A stretch of 63,445 nt of DNA from Octopus bimaculoides (lineage: Eukaryota), in assembly GCF_001194135.2 (NCBI RefSeq), contig NC_068982.1:180705550-180768994 (forward strand). The letters are read 5' to 3'. Each line of letters starts with the position of its first letter. Within the stretch, counting starts at the first letter, position 1. The position numbers and the translations under genes are program-made. Below are positions 12,150 to 26,236 of this stretch, in pieces. The notes beneath the pieces are model-generated. The model saw only the letters and a program-made list of their open reading frames with translations, did not search any database and had not been told where the DNA came from.

Positions 12150-12620
12150 AAACAGGTTGTTGTCCGCCTTTTCAAAATTAACAGGGTCTAGAGCTCTGAG
12201 AAGTTGGAGGTAACGTGAAAACTGGAAGTAAATGTGAGAAGAGGGCGGTGCTTCAGGTAACTAAAGAAGAATTAGTAATATGAAGACATCTGTTGCCAGT
12301 GACCAGAGAAAAGAGCGATATGGTAGAAAACTTGGAAGGAAGTAACGAAGACATCAAGTTATCTCAAAGCTTAGACAATAGAGATTGGAGGAAAGTATCA
12401 ATAACATAGATAAGCATAAAGGCGATGCGAACAACAGGGTTAGCAAACAAGGATAGTGCTCAGTAGGGTGGGAAGGAAGGGAGTGTATAGCGCGTTGATA
12501 AGAGTGGAAACATAGTTAGGAGAGGGAGAGAATCATTATATTGTATTTCTGTTGTTAGGGCTGAGAATTAAAGAAAAAGTAAAAGGTTGCTAGTTCTGAT
12601 GGTAGAAGTATAACAAATCA
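12150..12620 (-). mobile_element. Possible old LINE fragment (APE or linker region)
   Basis: Purine-rich on +, giving C/T-rich LINE-like composition on -. No clean motif recovered. Confidence 0.2.
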
Positions 12621-13419
12621 AGATAAAGGGGTTTTGTAGGATGTATGTCCTTGCATGGAAATTACATTAGAGAAGTGATTTTGTAGGGAGACCTCTTGGC
12701 TCCCTACACCCTGCAAGGTGAAAAGCAAGGCCCATCAATGGACGAATGAACACAGGTGCGTCAACGGCTATCCAATCACTCGTTTTATATGCATATACGC
12801 TCGCACACGCACGCAGATATATATGTATATATACATGTATGATTTTGACTCATGTTTGCAAGTGTGTATATGAACATGTTACAGGTCAAACTGCTGGAAT
12901 ATTTCAGATATATTAATAATTTCTTTAAAAGCCTATAACTGTATTTCCTTAATTAGCTTTGTGCATTGGGTATCTGTGAAACGCATCTGTTTAAGAATGA
13001 GAAATAATTTAGCCGTCATTTACGTAACCAAGTGACTCAAAGATAACAAGTATAATCTTAATTTGTAGACCGGATTTAATATTTGTTCAATAAATATCAA
13101 AATATTTCTTGAATCTTAACACTATTTTAACCTTTTCTGGACAACTGACTGCTACTACATTGCACCATTTCTTTTCCTCATTCAAGAAAACCTGATATAT
13201 TTATATCAGGTTTGTAAATATTACCTTTTATCAGGTTTACAAACATTTACCTTTTACAGTAGCTCACATTGTGAGCTACTGATATATTGTAAAGAATTAT
13301 GAGGACCACACATCTTAAATATAGTTGCAATATTTACGCATTTTTGTCCAAGTGTCTCGATATCATATAATTTCAACCATTTCTGAACATTTATAACATT
13401 TCTCTTTGAATATTGATGA

Positions 13420-14160
13420 AGTTTTCAGGTCATTGAGAGAAACGTTACCGTTATTTTGGCCATACATCATCCCCATATAAACCGTATCGTTTTGCTACAA
13501 TATATTTTCAATTTGCTCGCACAAATGCTATTTGCCAGGTTGGTGCTATCGTCTCCATGTTCAACAATGAAATATCATTCAGATTTCTTAGCAAAAAGCA
13601 TCCTTTACTGCTAGTGAAATTAACATTAATCAGTGCTATACTTCTTGAAATATACATCTGTTATATATTTTGCACATTCCATTCGGGTATGCAATTGGTT
13701 CGTAGTTCTTACTATATGCGTGGATACAATTGTTTTTTTCTTTTGCGCCAGATTTGTTTTTGCGAACGGAAGTTACTTCGGAATATTATATCATGATTGA
13801 TCGGCTTCTGGTAAATGTCAATAAGATAAAGCTGAACGGAGGCTAGTTCTTTTTTATTTGTAGTCAACAATCAAGTATACTTCTGGTGTATTCTTGTAGC
13901 TCAGGTTTTATCTCACAGCTTTCAAGAACATCAGAAACATCACTGTATGCTTTAGATGTATTTCAGTAATTATATTTCTTGCAGAATACTATCAACATAG
14001 CATCCTATTACAAATCCTGTTTCGCATTCTTGTAACTTTTACTCCGGAGTCAATCCATGTCCTCTTGAGAAGACACCTCTATAACTTATACCAACCATTA
14101 TTTTTGTCTGTCATGATAATTCATGCCCATTTACTTTTCTTTCGTTCAGACTGAATATCT
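13420..14160 (-). mobile_element. Possible Penelope-like RT remnant
   Basis: Across frameshifts: M.T.APTLAN.F followed by YGLYGDDV, resembling Penelope MG..AP..AN.F and Y.DD motifs. Heavily degraded. Confidence 0.35.
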
Positions 14161-14489
14161 TTAAAAATTATTCTTCTCTAAACTAATTTCTTATGAATTT
14201 TCTTTCTTTTCTCTTTTCTTTCCTCTTTCCCATTATTTATTTATTTTTACTGTGATCGTTTAATATCTGTTTAAGTGAAATTAATTTATATTCAAGAGTT
14301 CTCCTTTCTGCTATCTTTAAATATTATTTCGACTTCAATTTTCAATTATTGTTGGTTAAAAGTGTTCTTTATTTGTATATAATCGAGAAGTATCGCTGCA
14401 TAGCGAACGATAGCCTGCATTTGTTCTTTACGTTTGCTTTTGAATAATAACATATTTACGAAACTTACTGTTACTAGGCTATCATAAAT

Positions 14490-15000
14490 TCACTCAATTC
14501 TCAAAGCGCCACTCACAGATACAGGAAAATAGTTAATTGGCGTTCTGAGAAATTATCATATAGCTGCTGCTCCAATATGAAGAGTATCGTTACACGTAGT
14601 CAATGCCAGGAGCCTGTATCCAGCTGCACTCTTGAGATCTAGGATCATGTACACTTGGCCAACAATATATGACTAAATCTATTACATATGAGGCAGAAGT
14701 TACTGCAACCACAAATGATAAGAGAACCTATATTGGTTATGCGAAAGTGAATTTAAGAATCGCTATGCCAATCACATAGCCTACTTCCGACTTAGAGACA
14801 AAAGTAAAATTACTAAATTGGCTAGCTACGCATGGCCTTTGAAAGATAATGAAACACCGTATGTGATTAAATGAAAAGTATTTGAAAAATCTATACCTGG
14901 ATCGAATAAACATAGGTTTCGTTTGTCTGAAAGAATGCAGATCCTGTTTAGCTCGATTACTTTTTGGCAGCTGAGTGAACAGAGAAATTTGAATTGAAGT
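14490..15000 (+). mobile_element. Penelope-like GIY-YIG endonuclease remnant
   Basis: KLSYSCCSNMKSIV, ITYEAEVTAT..RTYIG, CESEFKNRYANH, TKLASYAWPLKDNETPYVIK*KV match the Penelope C-terminal YIG.CE..FK.RY.NH..T.LS.YIW.LK pattern. Confidence 0.8.
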
Positions 15001-15093
15001 GATTTGATCAAGTATACAACCCTCCACCCACCAGGAATTGAAATCTTAACCTTACGGACATTAGTATTACACCATAACCTCTAAACCACACGT

Positions 15094-15097
<4 letters not shown>

Positions 15098-15137
<40 letters not shown>

Positions 15138-15205
15138 AGACACATATGTATATACCTGTGTGCGCGCGCGTGTGTGCGTGCGAGCGTGTTTACGTGTGTG
15201 TATAT
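15098..15205. repeat. (CA)n plus mixed (TG/CG)n alternating purine-pyrimidine tract
   Basis: Direct reading. Confidence 0.9.
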
Positions 15206-18120
15206 TGTGTATATGAGTAAATAAAAGTGAATAATAGATGATATTTGTAGTATCGATATAATTAGCGTATAGAAAAAATTAATATATAAAGAACATATGG
15301 GGGAATGGAATATCATATTGAGCGTAGGTAATTTTCAGAGGATTAATATCACTTGTGAGCCTTATAGTATAATGTCTCAGAAGGCAGACGGTATTTTTCT
15401 GACAACGTCTAGCTATATTTAGTCATTTTTCTCAGTAACCAGTCATTGGCCTCTTGCTAAGCAATTGACAATCTCTAGCTATATTTAGAGAAAATATTTA
15501 TCCTTAGATCGGGTTACACCAATATCATGAGCCTATTCAGTGTTACGGATTGTTTCTTCGGATTATAATACAATATTTCGTTGTTATTTTGTATCCCTAT
15601 CATGGAACTGAAATGTTGAATATTTCAAATACATGTTAAGGTTATTTTCATATACGAATATGACATGTATGAAATTTAGGTTCGAAGTGATATCTAATTT
15701 CAATTGATTTCAAACATTAGTTTAACAAGGTTTGTATAGTTGCCGAGAATATTTGACTTTTACCAGTTTTTCTATATATTAAAATAGGATGAAGGACTAT
15801 GTGTTCGAAGAAAGAAACCTTGCTCTATGCAAAATATCAACGGAAAAATTTCGAATTGGTCTCACTGTGTTCTTACCACTTAATTTCCATACTTAATGAA
15901 ATCGAGTTTTCAAATTCTAAAAATCGGGTCATACTGATTATTTTTAACACCGTGATATTGTCGACTCTATCGAGATAAAGATTTCTACATGACTTCCTGA
16001 TATTAGATAATTAGCACTTCAGAAAATGGCTGTATTACTGAATGTGTGAAATAGGTTTCGACGTCTTTCGAGTAGAACCTCTCAGGTGCCGTTAAAATGT
16101 TCCTAAGTTGCATAGAATTATTTACGAAAGTTTCTTGTATGTACAAATGCAAATTCGACTCTCTAGTTACATAGCTGCATTCCACCGCAATCTTTAATTG
16201 TTATTATTTCTTTCAGTTTTATTGTAAATTGCTCAGCATCGAAAAGATTCTTCAGAGACTTTGGAGAGAAGGAATTCCATTTGCCATTCAACAGACAATA
16301 TATCTTATATTATAAGCAATGAGTAGTAGCTTCCTACTAAGTTTTCCATAGATATTCAGTTTCTTGTGTCTTTGGTTTCTGTTTATCTGCATGGCCATAT
16401 ACACTTAATTAGCTCCTAAGTAGCTCCTCTTTCTAAGAGTCTTTCAATAACTTTATTGTAGACCCGCAACCCTGTGGCAGCTAAATTAGTGAAATTGTTA
16501 GTATTCAAACATTTCTTCACAGCACGATCTTAAGACGGCTAAACTAGTGAAATCATTAGTATTCAAGCATTACCACATATTCTACAGAGCTAATAAGTAT
16601 TATTGAAGGTTATACTTCCTACTATGGAAAAATATTTGGAGTTATCTTCCTCGCTGTACCATTCAAATATTGTTATCTGATCACTGTATTTATTGTTTAA
16701 TGTGATGTTTCCACATGATGAGTGCCCCTTTATCCTTTAGCTATAAAATAATCATGCTTCCAGAACTACTCCATATTTACATCTTAACTGACAGAGCTTC
16801 AGTCTAATGAATATAAAGGTTTGGAATTATATTCTTGTTTGACCAAAAAAAAAAAAAAAAACGATTTTAGCTAACCACATATATTTTAGTTAACAGCCGT
16901 ATTAACAATAGTCTGACTTCCTTTCATGTGGAATGAATTAGAAATAATAGTTGCTTTTCCCAACATAAATATGGTGCCACTACCATTAATAATTATACAT
17001 GAATTCATTTATACTTTCATATATACATGCATATATATGCGTATGTATGCGTGGATGCATGTAAATATATATATATATANNNNNNNNNNNNNNNNNNNNN
17101 NNNNNNNNNNNNNNNNNNNNNNNNNNNNNNNNNNNNNNNNNNNNNNNNNNNNNNNNNNNNNNNNNNNNNNNNNNNNNNNNNNNNNNNNNNNNNNNNNNNN
17201 NNNNNNNNNNNNNNNNNNNNNNNNNNNNNNNNNNNNNNNNNNNNNNNNNNNNNNNNNNNNNNNNNNNNNNNNNNNNATATATATATATATATAATGTGCG
17301 AGCGTGTGTGTGTATGTGTACAACTTATCTGTATGCGTGTTTCTGCGGGCATGTGTAAGGTGCTGCTTAAGTATATCTACTGGTTACATATAAAAAATAT
17401 TATGACCCGGAGCTGATATTGGTATATTGCCACATATCACCGTATGAAATGTGATTGGCGCCATGAAAAAAAAAAGACAAAGAGCTATCGTATGATCAAT
17501 GAGAACACGTTAATGATTTACAGATTAAAAATGTAAGAAAATGTATAGAAAGATAAATATCAAAGAAATTTTGGGTTTCGTAATATATCTCCTTAGAGTA
17601 GAAGTTAGAAAGAAAATACGACAAGCAAAGTAGAAAGGGAGCATATGTGCATTATTGGAATCTAAAAATTATGAATTGCTTATCTATTTCGATCTATGAT
17701 TTCTATAAATATTAACTAGACTTCAATTCAGGAGCTGTAATTTCGCCAATATGAAAATATGTACGCTCAGAAATCGATATCTTATTTAGAATGGCAGAAA
17801 TATTACATTGTGTGTATGTATTACGTGCTTGCATAATTAGATATCAAATGTGAAATATTTAAATATGCATCAACCTATGCATGTAGGACGAAATTATCAT
17901 ACTTTTTTATTAACAGATTAAAAAAGAAAGGCAAATTAGAAAATATTCATTATTCGCTTTGACATCCATGTGCACTGATGAGACATTATTGTGCACTGAA
18001 GAACGTTTTGAAAATATATTTAAATTCGCACTGAATAGCTGTATAAAAGTGTGGTAGTCAGTTTGCATTGTCTATGAGCTAATCACGAAGAAAGCATATA
18101 TAAATGCTCGCTCTATTATA

Positions 18121-18333
18121 TTGGTTTCAAATGTTGGCACAATGTCAGCAATTTCAAGGAGTGGCTAAATCGATTAGATCGATCCCAGCGCTCAACTGAT
18201 ACTTTTTTTTATCGACTCGAAAATATGAAACGCACAGTCGACCCTGGCGACATTGGGACTCACAACGCAAACACGGACGAAATGCTTCGAATCATCTTGC
18301 CCGGCGCGCTAACGATTTTGTCAGCTCGCCGCC
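18121..18333 (-). mobile_element. tRNA-derived SINE (family A), near full length
   Basis: On - it begins GGCGGCGAGCTGACAAAATCG (A-box-like), has a B-box-like GAGTCCCAATGTCGCC region, and shares its body with 42229-42437. Confidence 0.85.
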
Positions 18334-20879
18334 TTTGCTTCTTATATTATAGACACCTATTCTAAGACCATGTGTCTGAGAGGTATGTGTTTATATGAAT
18401 AATAACTCGTACTCAGTTGCTTTTAATGTGGCTGTATTAGATAGGTAACCGCAACGCACGGTCAAATGTATAGTTGAAACGAACTTTACCTTGCGTTTCG
18501 AGGTTAACATTTATCTGTAGGTCTAATATTGTGATATATTATCATAGCTCTGACACACTTGATAATCTAATATGGTTCACTAGAAGTGAACATTTCAATT
18601 CCACCAGCACTTGATAGAAAGTTGACAGTGGCTGCAATAGTTTGCCAGTAATGCCACTAACTGGCTCCCTGTTTTGGTTTATTTCTCGTAAACAAACTAT
18701 CTTTCAAAAAAAAAAACGCATGCAAAATATTATTGTAATACGTCTATCACAGTTTTATGGTAAGCAAAAATGCTTTAAAAATCTAAATGGAAATAATTTT
18801 TTTTTTTTTAGGAGAGGGAGTTAAATGTGTTCAGAACATAAAAATTAAAAGTTTAAAAGACGTTACTTCTCCTCGATTAAATTAATAAAAAATATTTTTA
18901 TTAATCAAGTCATGTGCAAGCAAATCTTCAGCTTGATTTTAAATTATCAAAATAAACATTTAACCCCTTTCTATTTGAAGTCTCTCCCCCTACTAAAAGC
19001 TTCCCAAACATTAAAAAACTTGGCTAAATCAGCGTCCTAAGACACCAACATCTGGCTGTCATCTACTTGAGAAATATCTTCAGGCGAAATGCTAACATGA
19101 TACATCCTTTACCCCACTTTCTCTTTTTTTATTATTAGTTGTATAGTTCAGTAATTAAGCTGGCATCTGATTTCTAGAAGATATTGTCTTCCTTTTGCTG
19201 TTTACTTTTAAATTTGGGAAAATGCTTATCGTTTGGGACGAATATATATTTTTTTCAGTCTAGATGGTTTTTGTGTCAGACAACTTAAAATTGTTGTTAG
19301 TTGACTATTGTGTAATAAATATTTTAAAATATCAGGCAAGAAAAAAATCCAAACCGTTATATTTGCAATGTTATGCAAATTTGTGAGCAGTCGTTTAAAT
19401 GCATAATATATACACAATCTCTGAAAAAATTCACTATTTAAATATGAGATGCCTTGTTCTATTGGAACTGTCCTTTATCAAAAATATAAGATACACTGGT
19501 ACTTTTCTGCCCTTCGCTATTGGGACTTCGTAGGACGTCTGATTCTTAAGGAAACATCCAAAATCTTATCTTTTACCATAGACTACAATTCTGAACTTCC
19601 AAAATCGGCTGTTGTTCTATGGAAACTTTTCTCCAAATTCTGTATAAATCAAGAAGACTATTAGGAAACTGAATGGCGAGACTTTATACATTCAACCTGC
19701 TTTCTTCAATATTTTGATCAGCATTCTGGTCTCTTGGTATGTATGTCTTTACTAGCTTTAATGAGAAATCCTGCCCATTCATTCCCTATCATTCTCATTT
19801 CTAAATATTATCCGATTTATTCTCACAACTTTTCTGTTTTAAGCTTTATCCTTGGCGTACTTTATATTTCTTTAATGTACAACTGTCAACATTGTCATTA
19901 TTTTGTTGTCCCAAGAACCACAACTCTTCTACGATAATGTCTATGAATTATTTATGTCAAACCATCATCTAATATAAATACACATATTTACAGTTTCCAT
20001 ACGCCCGAATGACACGTGACTATAAATCACATTCTTAGCTATGAATATTAATCCTTTCAGATATACGGGAGATCGAATAAAGTATGCAAAGTCCCGAGTT
20101 TTCTGAGATTAAGCAAATGAATGCACTTTATTCCTACACACGTAGTTTAGATCTATCTTGTGAAAATAAACCCTTGAGTAAATATTAATCTATATAAAGA
20201 GACCTTGTGACAGTTCTTATTTCACATTAGGATGACCAGGATTAAATTATGTTAAATGTTCACCGTGAAGAAAACTATACATTAATTTTGTTAGCTCAAA
20301 TAAACATTATTTGCATTTTTCTCGAATGCCACTCAGGTGATAATTATTTATAATATAATCACTGTAACCCTTAATACGGTAACATAGTTTATGTATAGTA
20401 TAACGTTCTAATTATCAAATGACCTTTCAGTTACCTAATTTTAAAAATACAATCTTCATAACGTATGCTCTCAGTGTTTAAAACTCTATTGCATGTTCAA
20501 GAGAAAACCTCCTTCTAAATCTACATAACTAGACCACAAGCATAACCACAATATATACGCATTCGACTCACCATTCCCGTAAAACTTCAGTGGCATCGTA
20601 CATTGAACGCCCTACTTCCCCCTACATCACTACATCTCAAGCATCTCCACAGTATACATACAATCATTACAATCATTAAGTTAGTTCACTTCATAAATCT
20701 CTCGTATCACCACAACATAGTTACCGTTCTATATCAGTAGCCAGCCCCTCCCGGATATTAAAATGTGCACATAATCACGATGTCTCTTTGCTACACTAAA
20801 ACACTGACATACATACAACACAGTCACCATATCAGTTCACATAACTATAGCCTCCATTGTTACTCCAATATACGCAACA

Positions 20880-21420
20880 TAGTTAAAATATCTCCCGCTC
20901 CAATATCACCGGAAAAAAGTCATTTAACCAGGCTATTTCACTAGAACTACGCAAAGTGTTCGCCACGTTTGTTGAGACAGCTTTTGTAGCAATCGAGGAA
21001 GACTTATAAGACAACAGAACTAAATGATCATTCAATTTGATAAAAAGCAAAGTCAACCATTCTCGAATCATACCATACAGTATGATAAAAGAGAGATAAC
21101 CAGAGAACAGGAAGTCCTTGATACGACATATGTTTGAGAGAAAAAAGGACAAATAAGATGGTTAGGGCCTGCCGGCTATTGCTAGATACTATGCCTTAAA
21201 TGTTATGCCTATCTTCAGCGAACACTTCCAAACTCTCTGCACACACTAAACCGTTCTTTGGCCCCACAGTGAACGAGCCGATTGCTGATATGTTTGTGGA
21301 AAATTTGATGGCAATCATATTGATGACATCACCAGCTATTGTATCGCTGACATTGATAAGTTACACAGAACTTATCCAATGATATTTAAAATGGCATCGT
21401 TGGTGTTGTATAATGTTGAG
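20880..21420 (+). mobile_element. Penelope-like RT remnant
   Basis: IIQFD..Q..PFS (cf. FIQFDI.EFYPSI) and KSLI..M..KK (cf. KSLL..W.KK); many disablements. Confidence 0.5.
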
Positions 21421-21601
21421 ACAAAGCTTAGGTATATGTACTCAACTCTTATCTAGGATAATAAACATGTCAGAATTTAGTTACAGTTTTGAAGACGTAG
21501 AAACTGACAGTTTATTTTTGCAGGGTGGATATCAAAGTGGGTATTCTTGAATCCGTCATATATTTTACTAGAATAAAATAAAAATAAAACAAACACACAA
21601 A

Positions 21602-22080
21602 TCAAAACAAAACGAAACTGAACAGTTTAACCTTCTCTACGTAATTATTCCCGATACTGTTGAAAGAAGAAAAACCATTATAGTTTACATTTCTGTATTT
21701 ATTTGTAATAAATCTCCATCCAAGGTTGAGTATCGGTTTTAATGTCATTGCTTCCAATATTTTGGAGGTCTCAGCTTGAATAGTCTGGTATTGAATTTTT
21801 AGGTAATCCCAGCTGTCTCTTGCAGACGAATATGTCTTAGTATAATGCGTCATATTTCGTCTAATTGACCCAGGCAGAAACGAATGTGTTATAGTCGATG
21901 CGGAAAGGAAAGCGAACAACCGGGCAGTTTCATTAAAGGTGTCGACACTGCACCAGATGCTGATTTCAAGATTATTCTCTATTCCTATATCATACAATGT
22001 ACATCTCTCGACATTTATGCAGCTTTTTTTTCTGCTTCCAGTTCTATAATCTTATTGAATCCATGTTTCCTGGGTGACGT
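21602..22080 (-). mobile_element. Ty1/copia-like gag (UBN2-type) remnant; 149-codon open frame 22051-21602
   Basis: ..LYDIG..W.SVD..A..SI..YSSARDSWDYLKIQYQ resembles the gag TAKE.W..LK..Y motif and its upstream context. No LTR or pol seen. Confidence 0.45.
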
Positions 22081-22185
22081 CTTATAGGAACGAAACATAT
22101 TCAAAGTTTTATCCAACGTAGAGAGAAAACGAAAAACAATATTTGTTATTATATACGAAATTTCTGAGTTCTCAAGCGAAGACCA

Positions 22186-22250
22186 TATACATACATGAAT
22201 ACATACATAGAACGTACATACATACATACATACATACATACATACTTACA
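22186..22250. repeat. (TACA)n microsatellite
   Basis: Direct reading. Confidence 0.9.
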
Positions 22251-22534
22251 TATAAGCACAGTAAAATCCTTTAAGTGCAAGACAGTAAAATACTTCACAT
22301 TTTCAGTTTGCCAGTGAATAAGTTACTACTTGAACGAGGTTAATTTGTAAAGCAGATGATTTCGATCTTCCTGGTTTATGAAAGACAAGGCCTATTTGAA
22401 AGGCAAATAAACTCATGGATGTTAACCGCTATCCGATAATATATGCAAATATGTAAGTCCATAAATTAGTGTTTCGTTGCTTGCTTGTTTGAAATTCATT
22501 TGAATGAAGCACAGCAGAAAGAAGTAACCTTATT

Positions 22535-22915
22535 AGGCACAGGCGTGGATTGGTGGTAAGCTTCCCAACTTCCCAGTTGCTTCCCGACCATGGAGTTCCA
22601 GGTTCAGTCCTACTACGTGGCACTTTGGACAAGTTTCTTCTATTCGGGTGATCTCGGCAGACCAAAACCGTTTCAGTACATTTGTTAGACGGAAACCGAA
22701 AGCCCGTGACATAAATGTAGATATCTATGTATGTATGTGTTTTTGTGTCAGTGTTTGCACTCCCACCACTGCTTAAAAATCGGTATTGGTGTGTTTACGT
22801 CCGTGTAAATTAGGCTTTAAAAGTCAGTCCTGGGGTCGATTTGCTAGACTAAAATTCCTCAAGGCTGCACTTCTGCATGGCTGCAGTCAAATGTCTGAAA
22901 CAAATGAAGGATGAA
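22535..22915 (+). mobile_element. tRNA-derived CORE-like SINE (family B) with an internal (TG/TA) tract
   Basis: Head AGGCGTGG.TTGGTGGTAAG..GGTTCAGTCC, CORE-like GGCACTTTGGACAAGT, tail GTCCTGGGGTCGATTTG..CTGCAGTCAAATG.CTGAAAC. Shared with the 30625 and 61990 copies. Confidence 0.8.
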
Positions 22916-25139
22916 ATCCAAATTTGGCGCACAACCCAGTGGGAAATATGTCGTATAATATTTTCTGACCTGACACGCATTAAAGTTTAGAGCGTCCTGC
23001 GATGTGTAAATGTCCATTGAGACATTTATACGAAAGTCTGCGTCTTGAAATAATGGGCGGGAACACGTCTGATTTGGATACGACTCTTTTACTTTCCCTT
23101 ACATAAACACACAGAAGCCCTTTCTCTCTCACACACGCACTCTCTCTCTCTCTCACACTCACGCAAAACCTCCCATTCTGTCTCTCACACATACACCCTC
23201 AGTTGGGTCGAAAGAACCATTTTTAAGGAACCTTAATTCCACGGTATGCACAGAGTTACAAATAGTATTTGAAATAAAATACATGAAAACTACAGCTGTG
23301 TGACCCTCCACGTTCCCTGCACATACACCCCTCCACAATTAAATACCCTAATTTTCTGTATTAATCATATAATCTCTAACACATATATACTAAATTGCTT
23401 ATGGATATGAAACATNNNNNNNNNNATATTTCAGAGTAGAAGCCTTGTTTAAAACATGTGATGAGTAACGATAGCAAAAACAATGAGATATAAGACAATT
23501 GGTAGGTACTCCTTCAACATTACAAAATTACAGCATTTCAATATGTGTTAAGTGGATTTTTCTTAGAAAATGTATACATTAAATGATTTTCCCTTTTTTT
23601 TGTTATCATATTATTTCAGAGCTAAATTATATCATAATTTTACAAAAATAAATACATGAATTTAAACTCGAAAAATTTAATGACAAGCAAAAAAAAGTTG
23701 ACTGTTATCGCCAATAACTCTTTTTTGTCATAGCTAAAGAGTCGATCATGCTATCAACTTAGTGACAAAAGCCTCTGAAGTCAGAATACGCTACGAAAAT
23801 AGGCACAAATCCACATTAAATGTACAAAAATCAAGACAAAGTTTACGTCACTTTCACTTGAAAACGACAATGGTGATTTGATTAAATAGAAAATACTATT
23901 AATGCTTATTTTATGGTGTTCATTGTTCATGCATTTCGTTTGAGGTTCGTACATATTTTTTTTTGCGTATAATATTAGCCATTAAGAATTTATATTCTTT
24001 TACGTTGAAGTGCTTTACTGAATATAGGCTTTTTTGTGAAAAAATATTAATACAAACTATATAAATAAATAAAGATTCTAACTGTTCTTTTGAGGTTAGG
24101 TTGGGTTGCATATAATTCATACAATGTTATACAGGTAATATCTAACCAATACAAAGTTAATACAATTAAAACAAGTTTACAGTTCCTTATATTTTCAAAA
24201 TTCAAAACGTAGAATCAGGAGCGTATCTGTACGAGGTGTAGTGGCGGTCAAACACTTTTTAAAATTTTGCTACTTTATTTCTCACGCCAAAATGAACACC
24301 AATCAATATGTGGAATCAGAACATAAAATTTCGACCCCCCACCCTAATAAAATATATATACTTGGCATCTTGATAATGAGTTTTAAATGGAGAAAAACTA
24401 CAACCGTTCGATCGCTTTAGTGTATAAAGAAATGCATAAACGAATGCAAACGTCTGTCTGATATAACTAAAGCTCTCTCCAAATTACACAGCAATGTAGT
24501 TTGAGAGAGATCTAGCAGCTAATTCTACAAGGTCGACTGACTACCAACAGTCTTCCTACATTCGTTTGTGCCGAAAGATATTGATTGCAGACCGGATAAA
24601 CATTACTTGTCTTATTCCATGAATAGTTAGCATAAGAATAACCTATTCACTCCATCTGCAAAAAAAAAAAAAAAAAAAAAAAAAAAANNNNNNNNNNGAT
24701 AAATAACACCAACAACAAAACTACAACGACGGGTGAAGGCCTCCGGTCAAATAAACCTGGCTCACCTCCAATACTGACTGAATAATAATGTGTGTGTGTG
24801 TGTGTGTGTGTGTGTGAGCGTGTGTATACACGCCAAATTATAAGAAGACCACAGAGAAAATTCTTTAACGCACTTTTAATGATTCGTTACAATTGTTTCT
24901 ATACCAACTGTAATTGCAACGCAATTTTACGCTAAAATTCTACATGAAAACTTACGTAATGTTTGCGGTTCCAGACATTAGAGAAGCACTTCATCAGACT
25001 TGCTTCAGAGGTATCTTGTCACATTTTGTGTCTTCCAGACCTTGCCATTTAGCTACTATCGGGAGGGAACAAAAAGTAAATAAGTGTGGTTGAGATGAGT
25101 AAGTAGGGTAGAGATTATGCAGAGGCGGGGAAATGAAGA

Positions 25140-25256
25140 GCATGGAGACGAAGAAGCAGAAGAAGAGGAATAAAGGATGAGGAGGAGGGAGAAGGATGAG
25201 GTGGAGGAAGAGGAAGTGGAAGAGGAGGAGGATATATATATATATATATATATATA
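25140..25256. repeat. Purine-rich (GAG/GAA)n tract followed by (TA)n
   Basis: Direct reading. Confidence 0.9.
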
Positions 25257-26236
25257 GAGATTGCGTAAAGTATTTAAGGAATACCATTTTCGGTTCATTG
25301 CTGCATATTTTGCTAAATCTTTGTTTCAGAAAATAATAATGGTTTTGGTAGACCCTCATCTTATTCAAGAAATGAAGAAGCATGCTGTTATTGTGGTTAT
25401 AAAGGCTGAGCATAGCGATTTAGAAATATTTCGAGTTTGAAAAGTTGCCAGATCTTTCGCCCACAAAGTTTGTAAGGAGCTAGAGACTGAAGATGGAAAT
25501 GTATCATCAGTATCAAAGCATAAAAAGCATTCTAAACACTCTGAAATAATCAGAACACCTGAATTTATCCAGCAAGTTCAAAACACCATTGATTCAATTC
25601 CAGAAAGTCCATGAAGTTAATTGGAAAAGATCTCCATGTGTCAGAAGGAACATTCAGAAATGTTGTCTACGGAGACATTAGATATAAATCTTATATGATG
25701 AGGAAAGGTCTTAGAGTTAACTCTGCTGCCAACACTGAGGTTCTGGAAATAATTGGTAAGCCCTGGGTAGACAGTGTAATCAATGGAAGGACATATGCGT
25801 TTCAGTAAGACTCTACACTATCACATATGGCTCTAGTAACACAGGAAAGATGGCTGAAAATTTTCATGATCACGTAACCCCTAATATTTGGCTTCCTAAT
25901 TCCTCAGATCTCAGTCCATTGGACTATTACATGTTGAGCGTTGTTGACAGAGAGATCAATGAACACGCCCATAACACCAAAGATTCTTTGAAAGCTGCTA
26001 TAGTCACAGTAATGTCCAAAATGAACCAGGACCACTTGATTCGATCATCTAGATGATTTATATCTCATATAGAAGCAGTTGTTGAAGCTGAAGGAGGCTT
26101 TATTGAATAACATTATAGAAAAGAAGCTTTATTTTTATCCTCGTAGTATTTTTTGATAAATAAACTTATCATCTGTTATTATATATCTGTTCATTTTATA
26201 AATAGAAATCTGTCCTCAAATATCTTAGGCACCCTG
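25255..26236 (+). mobile_element. Internally deleted Tc1/mariner-superfamily (maT-like) transposon
   Basis: YAFQ*DS..H, WLPNSSDLSPLDYY (cf. WPPNSPDLNPLDY), SLKAAI, EAVVEAEGGFIE*. Right end is ..GGCACCCTG|TA; a degenerate matching left end sits in (TA)n. Confidence 0.9.

Noticed and set aside
16476-16570. 36-bp imperfect repeats 59 bp apart (also the ~29-bp duplication at 13203-13260) as a CRISPR-like array
   Set aside because: Only two diverged units each, in a eukaryotic context; ordinary local duplications.
17975-18012. CTGATGA followed by a small hairpin
   Set aside because: No GAAA after the stem; it is a short TGTGCACTGA duplication.
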